Below are positions 33,861 to 64,000 of a stretch of DNA of 64,000 bases, in pieces (position 1 is the first letter of the stretch; every line of letters begins with the position of its first letter). The notes under the pieces are model-generated. The model made no database searches. It had not been told where the DNA came from and saw nothing but the letters and a program-made list of their open reading frames with translations. The stretch is from positions 553,861 through 617,860 of the forward strand of contig CAVNZM010000018.1 of NCBI GenBank assembly GCA_963693365.1, in the 5' to 3' direction. Position numbers and translations under genes: made by a program. The stretch is from Amoebidium appalachense. Its lineage: Eukaryota; Protista; Ichthyosporea.

Positions 33861-34490
33861 CTGTGAAAGGAAATCGTCCTGTTCTAACAAAGGTGTCCCC
33901 CTAGTTCCAGCCCTTGTGTCAAACAAGCGCAACCACACTCTACACAAAACGCTATTCAGACCTCTCTAGATGAAGACTCGCATACACCTATATACACCGC
34001 TAACACTACTACAAATCGCTCTCCAAACGAAGGCTGTGTCTTTGCAAAACATGATGACGTAGACACCAAGGGGCTCACCTTACGTAAGCAACGTGCTATT
34101 TCGGTCGGCGCATTGAGTGAAAGTTCGACAGAATTTCAAAAGCCCAATTTAGACCGAAGAAGGTAGGGGTTTATGTGACATTGTGAAATTGCGGTTGCCA
34201 TTGTCCTCTCTGAATCAGGATTACTCAACTGGCGGGAAAAAGCAGAGTTGGATTTTTTTTTTATTGAGTTTTTTTTTTTTTTTTTTATGGGTTCGCCCGC
34301 ATCTTCAATAATTCAAACGTAGATGTTGTAAGAAACAAAAGTATATAGCAAGCAACCAACACACCACAACACAAATCTACCATAACCATCAGCTGGTCGG
34401 ACCTTTCTCTCGCCTCCCTCCCTTCCACCCCCTCCCGTTGTGTGTCTTCAGTTCTCCTCCCTCCCTCTCTCTCTCTCCATCACCACCAAC
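33861..34490. promoter_or_regulatory. Putative bidirectional promoter and 5'UTR region shared by PSMB5 and COPS4
   Basis: The two genes are divergent and the region lacks dinucleotide repeats. It contains an E2F-type TGGCGGGAAAA (34230-34240) and a CRE half-site TGACGT (34055-34060). Transcription starts are not known. Confidence 0.5.
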
Positions 34491-43196
<8,706 letters not shown>

Positions 43197-43448
43197 ATTT
43201 ACACGTGTGGAAGCATTTATGTTGCTGGTCTGGAAATGTTTTGTAATGTAGCCTAAAGGTTGTGTGCATGTGCTGTGCTTAAGGATAGGCACGACATGGG
43301 CAAGTGGGATATTATGCTTGTTAGGTTTAGGCACTACATCGAGAAATAAGATGTACATTGTTATGGGCCCGGTGCTTACAATGATGTATCAAATTACATG
43401 TATCTACGGACTGTGGGGTGTTCTATGCGGGGCAAACAGTTGCTTTTC

Positions 43449-43552
<104 letters not shown>

Positions 43553-44021
43553 CTTTCAAAGAAAAATCTCTGCTGTAAGCCTTGACACAAAACAGGGTGT
43601 AACATCTTTCGTTGTTTGGTGTTTGCATAAAACGAATGTTTTTTTGCGGTTCGGGTCCTGCCACGTGAGGCATGCAGACAACTATTCCCGTATTTTCATT
43701 GAACAAATTCCGGATTTGTGAGGCAGGTACGCCTGTGCTACAACACATATCCACACGTATGACGGCTGTTGGCAGTCGATTTGGTTGAAATAAATGCAAA
43801 CTTTCAGGTAGCCTTGAATAGTCTTTAGTGGTTCGTTGTGCGCTATACGTAGCCTCTGCCTGTAGCATGCTCTGCTTTAGAATTTTGATAATATTTAATA
43901 ACCACCACCTCTGTATTGTATGGCCTTTAAATTTACGTGAAGATCGTGGTTTTTTGGGTGGGTGGGTGATTTTGAAGAAAGGAAAGGGGGAGGCTCCAAT
44001 CGAAGGGAGGGAGGGAGGGAG

Positions 44022-44060
<39 letters not shown>

Positions 44061-45747
44061 TAGCAGCGTCGATGAAATCTTGCGATGAGAAAACACTAAA
44101 GTTATTATGATGACAATACCTCTGTATCACTCATACTTGTGTGATCTCAAAGTACTGTTTTGTTAACTTAAGACTAGTAGCCGGTAGTGTGTGTGTGTCC
44201 GTGTAATTATACTAACACGAATTCGAAGGAACCGGCCAGTCGACTAGGTTGCGCGTACGTCACGGTGCACGTGTGTGTATATGCATGCATATGATGGTAT
44301 GCATGCATATGATGGCATGCATGCACAAGGTATCGATTTTGCACATTGAAGGTTAACTACGCCGATTTGAATGCACATCATGTCAGTATGCATGTACATA
44401 TGTGCAGTGTAGATAGATGGTGATACTGGTGCACGCGGTTCGGCATGCCTTCTCCGGCTACACTCCAGCCACGCACATATGTCCGAGCACCTTTGTTTGC
44501 TATAAACCTATTTCAGCTGTCTATTAGTAAGATAATGTGCATGTACATGTAACATACACGTGTGGCCCACATGGGCTTGTGTAAGGAAAACCTCTTACAC
44601 TGCATGTGATTGCTCAGAGCCAGCCAGGAGCTCAAAGGGAAGCTAGGGTGTGACTGTGTGTGTGTGTGTGTGTGTGAGTGACTGTGTCTGACACTGTGTG
44701 TGGGCTGGAGCCGGGGGGGTGGGGGTGGGGGAGCTCGAGGGGGGTAAAGGGGGGAGGGGAGAGGGGGGGGGGGGGGAGAAGGGGTGGTGGGGGTGGGAAG
44801 GGGAGGGGGGGGGGGGGGGGGGGGGGGCCGGGGTGAGAGGGAGGGGAGGAAGGAGGGAGGGGGAGGGGGGGGGGGGGGAAGGGGATGCCTTCTGCCTGCT
44901 CGTGTGCACTGCACGCGTGGACGCGATAATTGTCACGGTATGCAGAGTGTCCGTGCACACACGTGCAGGGTGCCTGCGCTTGTGCATGCACGTACTCGTG
45001 CATGCATGCAGAGCACGTGCAATGGTTCAATGACCTGTGTGTGTGTGTTACAATACGTGGCTGCGAGCCACGGGTGTGAGTTAATATGTATGTACATGTG
45101 TATGTGTGTGTACATGTTTAACATGTATGCGTGTTCGGGCGCCGTGCGTGTGTGTATATATTTTTGTTTGGTTGTATGTGGAGGCGTGCATGTGTCCGTG
45201 TGGTGCATGCCTTCCAAAGCGTGCCACACGTGCGTGATTGCCATTACCACTTGGTTGTGTCCTTGCGACCCGTTATAAATACACGTTAGTAAAGCTAATC
45301 ATTCATTTTATTTAACCGGAGTACAAATGACATTGAATGGGATATTTATAACACATTGCACATTCGAGCATTAGGTGACAGGCGGGTTAAGAAGAGGTTA
45401 CACTTTGCTAATGCTAATATTTGGGAGCGTGTGTTCGCATGGCGGTTACGCAAAATTTTCATTTGAGATTAGAAACAAACGCTCCTGATTCGCTAAGATG
45501 TTAGAACGCTGCAATGATCAAATCACGTAGTGGTTTCGTGCTTTTTTGCTTATTATAGGTCGTGTAGGGTGAAATGACTAAACGTGACTCTAGGGCCGAT
45601 GTACACAATCGGCACAATCTACATAGATTTTTCACAACATACGAGCAAACAACCACACATTTCTGCAAAACCAACACACACCATCAGAACGATATAACAC
45701 GTGTTAACACACAGAACACACACTCACACATCTTTTTCTTTTTTTCA

Positions 45748-59062
<13,315 letters not shown>

Positions 59063-60102
59063 CCTACCTCTTTATTTAGGCCCACTAGCCCCTCACTAAC
59101 TGATAAAACATATGCATCTACTGTTACGCGTTTCGGTTATCGGTCACACGCGTTAGTGATGTTTTCCTAGTTTTGGCGGTGACCCTTTTCCTTTGAGCAT
59201 GGCCTTCCCAAGTCCTGGCGCACACTTTGGCCGTTATAAAGTAGAAGCACTTTCGTTATGATGGTATAATTTTGGTGCTTCCACCGTTATTAGCTTCAAT
59301 GTAACATAAGTAAGGAACATAGGGGCCGGAAATCGTCTAAAACAGCAAAGTTTGCCACCTGGGGCCGGCTGTGCAAACCTGAATGCATTTGCCCCTCCTC
59401 TTGCCGTTTGGCGCGCGCCGCCAGCTGAGCTTGAACGTTGGTGTTGATTCTCATCCAAGTTTTTTTCCTTTATTAACCTAAAGCTTTTGAAAATAAATAC
59501 AAATAATAACAAAAAGTGGGTATGCTTTTTTTGTCGTCCTTTAGCCATATGCCATAGGTATACTGTATAATAGGTTCGAGAGGTCCAGGCAAGCATCGGT
59601 TGCAGACAACTTTGCACGCCTCTTCAACCTGATATGATTGGCTGTACTACATAAAATAACCATATATGGTAGGTGGTGGCCGATCGCGGGCCCCTGCGGC
59701 TGTGCCTTTCTTCAACAAAGCCCCTGTAAAGTCTACATTGTAAACATAAGACTTTGTTTTATCCTCCCTCTGTATGCTACATATTTATCGTTTCCGTTTT
59801 CCAAGGCGAGGTTTATGTGGCCCCAGATGGGCATGGAACTGGATGCTGACTGGCACAGCTGGGGCCATCCGCTCAGCGGCCGCGTACTGGGCCGCTGGCG
59901 GCTGCATTCCGGATGATATGAAAGTAATTGTTTTCTAAAGCTTTGTTTGGCCGTTTTCCCATTCGCGCCATTTTTTCGGCGGGTGTCGAATGATTGAATT
60001 CGCGTTTCGCGCCAATATTTCATGACGTCATCGTCATCTTCTTGCATATTTGTACTGCCGTGCGCGCACACACACACACGCAAGCGCACACCCACGCAGG
60101 CG

Positions 60103-60190
<88 letters not shown>

Positions 60191-60204
60191 GCACACGCAC
60201 ACGC

Positions 60205-60299
<95 letters not shown>

Positions 60300-60834
60300 C
60301 TAGCCTGAGAATAGTGATAGGAGTGAACACGTTTGTACTATCTTTGTACATAGGGGGAGGAAGGGAGGGGGACGCCTGCTGCGCCCCTCGCTGTGTGTAG
60401 ACCATGCTGGATAACGCAGTAGGCTACACACATGCGCCGGGCCTGGTGCCCCTCCGAAATACCCAAATATACACCATCTATACCTTAAAAAAAAAAAATT
60501 CCAAACACCGATTGCGGTTACACATTACTTCTTTAATGTGTGTACATGTAAACCAGCGATCGTCATTTTTGTACTTCGTGTTTTCAACACCCATTGGTTG
60601 TCCATCATTCACTCTTAGGCCAGTGAGGGGGCCGTTAACAGTTTCCGAAACGGGTTCAGATCAGTTCGGCACACACTGATGTGCACAAACCTCCCTGCCA
60701 GCCGGTGCCGGGCTGTCGTTTTTTTTTTTTTTGTTGTTGTTGGAGGGGGGAGGGGGGGGGGGGGGTGGGGGGGGGGGGGGGGGGGGGGGACCGAGGCTCT
60801 ATGTGGGGGGGGGGGGGGGGGGGGAGTTTGTGTC

Positions 60835-60870
<36 letters not shown>

Positions 60871-60958
60871 GGGGGGGGTGCGCGTCACGGTGTGTGCGTG
60901 TGTGTGCATGTGTGTGCGTGTGTGTGCGTGTGTGTGCGTGTGTGTGTGTGTGTGTATG

Positions 60959-61013
<55 letters not shown>

Positions 61014-61072
61014 GTGTGTGTGCCTGTCTCGGTTTGTGTGTTGGGGGGGAGGGGGGGGGGGGAGCCTCGGGT

Positions 61073-61110
<38 letters not shown>

Positions 61111-61866
61111 AAGTTTGACGATTTGACACTACACAGAAACTTTGAACAATATACCCCGCCCCCAATTAAATTCCCTTGCATTCTTTTCTTTTTGAGGTTC
61201 AATTCCTCACTCGAGGACGCTCGAGAGCTCTGCAGAGCCTTTACATGTACAGCTAATGTTCTCTAATGATACCGGAGAACTGAATTATCATAGAAAAATT
61301 CAGCAAATTGTCAGGCTTTACGTGATGCACACACCATACAGTGTACATACCGGAACACACAACCTGTCTTTTCCCAACACTCTCCGTCCCTCTTTCGAAT
61401 TCCCTCACGGTCCCTCCCTCTATTTTTATATCTTCCTTCCACCCTTCTTCCTCCCCTGTCCATCTCTCCCTTCCTTCCTCCTATTACAGCCAATCAACAG
61501 CTATAAGTTCTGCCAACTTGGAAGGATCGTTTGTTTTGTTTCCGTTTTCAAATTACCTAGATATGCATGGCGCTGAATCCCCCCCCCCCCCCCCCCCCCC
61601 CCAGCAAACCAACAATTGCAACCACTACCCACCCAATCACCATCATTCCCCACCCTACGTACCGTACTAATCTCTTCCCACCTATACCCCCCCCCCCCCC
61701 CCCCCCCGGGGTTCCTGCCCCGTTCCAGCAACGGGTAAATTTCCAGATATTTAGACTTACCCCCCCCCTGGTACACTCTGCCCACTTTTTAATGTTTGCC
61801 TGACTCCGGACGTCTTCCCTTTCTTGTGGAGATGACCGGGACACCTGAAATGGTGGCGGTGGTGGT

Positions 61867-61922
<56 letters not shown>

Positions 61923-62565
61923 GGGGGTGGGGGCACACATTGCAGATTTTGGGGAGAATCAAGCTTAAGAGAGGGTTTCTACTATTCAGTGGCCATCACA
62001 GTATGCGTTTTTCGCAATATATAGGCCAACTTTCAAAGTTTGATTCGGATGCAGAACAATTGAGGCACAAGCGAGACTGAATGTGGGCAGTTACATGCAC
62101 CGAGGGTCTAGAAGGAAACGCTAGGATGAGCTACTTAGTATACGTGGGAGAAAGAAGGAGCTCGGGGAAGAGTAGAGATGTGGTTTGTGTGCCACCGTTT
62201 CCAAAACATATCCCTATTACACATACTGACAGTGATGACGTGTCACGTTCATGATACCTTTATTGTTGATTATAGTTGAAGCAACTTTTCGGTGTCTAAA
62301 AAAACTTTACTAACTTATTGTTTGGCAGCTTACAAGTCTTAGCTAATCTCGCACCACCGTGATACCACACTGGCCGGGTGCCCAATGGATCACTGACAAA
62401 TATCACAGTGTTTACATTACATTACTACCGAGTAATAATACATAAGCGAACGGTTGACACGTATTAAATAAAAAGTGCAAAGCGGCTCCCCGCCATCGAT
62501 ATCAGTTACTTACGTACTACACGTGCACATGTACATGTAAACACATTGCATTATGAAACATGAAA

Positions 62566-63276
62566 TCACTTCTGACAGCAATAATCACTGCAGCACGCTC
62601 CATCCGAGCCCTGCCAGAGCTTACACGCCTTTGTAGACCGTTTCTTCTTCCCACAATCCACACTCAGGCAAGACGCCTGCGAGCCTGGATTGTAGCAGCA
62701 CGTCTTCGTGTCACACGCAAGCTTGGTGTTCCACGTGGCTCCATACTTGCAGCGCATACCTCCGCAGGTCTTGGGGTCGGGTTTGTAACCATTTGTACAC
62801 GCGACCTGAGCGTCGTTACAGGGGATAAGGCTGTTCACCAGGTTCACGAACCCGGGCGGTGGGTAAGGTACTTTTTTGAGGACCAAGTTAATGTTCTTGC
62901 CGAGAGAGGTATATGCCACACATCCCCCAACGGTGTTGGCGTAGTAAATGCTGGTACCGGCCGCGGGCACTGTGCATTTATCATCGAGCCATATGTGGGT
63001 GTCGTAATTTATTGAACCAATCGTTGATTCAGGTACGTATACCTGAGGGAACGTCATGTAGTGCTTGTTCCCCTTGTAGATTTTAGACAGGGCAAAACAA
63101 GCATTTGACGCAATGGTCACACACTGCCCCACCGGCGCGAACTGACCCCCGGGGCAATCGCAAACAAGTCTGTCTTGCTGATACACTTGCGGCAACTGTG
63201 CTGCTGTGAAGCCAGCCCAGCAGCTCAAGGCGGCCAGGAGCGTGCCCAGCTCAAACACGTTCTTGAGAATTGTCAT
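62566..63276 (-). CDS. Intronless secreted cysteine-rich protein of unknown function (236 aa)
   Basis: Non-repetitive ATG-TGA ORF with a hydrophobic signal peptide (LGTLLAALSCWAGFTAA|Q). It has 21 Cys, 20 of them in the predicted mature chain, and two C-terminal Cys modules ending in CC. There is a TATA box upstream and AATAAA at 62259-62264 on the minus strand. Confidence 0.8.
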   Translation of the reverse strand: MTILKNVFELGTLLAALSCWAGFTAAQLPQVYQQDRLVCDCPGGQFAPVGQCVTIASNACFALSKIYKGNKHYMTFPQVYVPESTIGSINYDTHIWLDDKCTVPAAGTSIYYANTVGGCVAYTSLGKNINLVLKKVPYPPPGFVNLVNSLIPCNDAQVACTNGYKPDPKTCGGMRCKYGATWNTKLACDTKTCCYNPGSQASCLSVDCGKKKRSTKACKLWQGSDGACCSDYCCQK

Positions 63277-63343
63277 GTTGGAGAATAATGAAAGTATACG
63301 TTGCCTATAACGCTGACGTGGCTGGACTGACTGAGCTCGAAGG

Positions 63344-63352
63344 TTTTATATA
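63344..63352 (-). promoter_or_regulatory. Putative TATA box of the Cys-rich protein gene
   Basis: TATATAAAA on the minus strand, about 70 bp upstream of the ATG at 63276. Confidence 0.5.
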
Positions 63353-64000
63353 GTGAATTTTAATTTGGAATGTGTGTGGAATTCGGTTATATATCCTCCG
63401 GAATGCTCAGGTACTAGGTGCTCATGGCAGCGTAATCCCCTCTACAGCCGACCGTAAGTTTCCCCTGTGATCATTGCCTACAGCTCAGCTTACGTGGTTT
63501 ATGCATGTACATGAATACTTAAGTAATTTTCCTTTATGCCTTATTCAGGTGCAGTCATAGTAATGATATGAGCACACCGGCCGTATGATATGAGCCGTGA
63601 GCTACCTGTGACACTCACGGTAACGTTGTCACAACGGTGTGTCATACATACGTATACGGCGCTCATAGCTCTCAGATCCGCGGCACAGCCTGCCGCACGG
63701 GGCGTCATCAGTATGTAGGAACCTAGTGGCCCGAACTGATTTACCTATGTTGTTTTTTTTCAACTCCTCCATCTGAATTATTATGGTCACGTCTGGTCAC
63801 CATTACATCAACATGTACAAACAATGTTCGAAGATCTATCTCCCCTGGAATGCATGTGGAATGCTCTTGTACCTACATATCAACCAAGTAAGATTTGGCC
63901 TGAGTATAGCTCAGCTTGCGTAATGAATATCATAATAGGCCTCCACATTAATATAGGAAGTACTATTATACCACGTGTATCTGAATGCCTGCATGTGCAC

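Noticed and set aside
62560-63015. 151-aa + strand ORF
   Set aside because: It is the antisense shadow of the Cys-rich secreted protein gene, which has the signal peptide and TATA box.
63679-63727. Helitron-like 3' end (GCGGCA/TGCCGC hairpin followed by CTAG-T)
   Set aside because: The stem is only 6 bp, the spacing to CTAG is longer than typical, and there is no second copy in the window.

Overview
This is eukaryotic, intron-rich genomic DNA. The introns are packed with (CA)/(GT), (CT)/(GA) and poly(C)/poly(G) tracts, so almost all ORFs in the supplied track are simple-repeat artefacts. The proteins look opisthokont and possibly unicellular holozoan, but the lineage is an inference. I reconstructed six protein-coding genes by hand from GT-AG, phase-consistent exons: (1) a 5'-truncated PH-domain + class I cyclic-nucleotide phosphodiesterase (+, <1-14499); (2) a signal peptide-VWC-Kazal-TM type I membrane protein (-, 20855-25378); (3) proteasome beta5 (-, 27004-32989), head-to-head with (4) COP9 signalosome subunit 4 (+, 34491-43196); (5) an LRR-PP2C phosphatase with an N-myristoylation motif (-, 45748-59062); (6) an intronless secreted Cys-rich protein (-, 62566-63276). 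The most striking non-coding signal is a dispersed repeat family with about 13 copies that end in or next to C-rich tracts. Every copy I found is intronic and in the sense orientation of its host gene. Two divergent subfamilies keep the same covarying hairpins and carry the hammerhead-ribozyme core segments (GUU, GAAA, CUGANGA) in a non-canonical strand order. Many introns also end in (AC)nAG, and several pair a 5' (GT)n/poly(G) tract with a 3' poly(C)/(AC)n tract. All comparisons were made by eye; no searches or folding programs were run.
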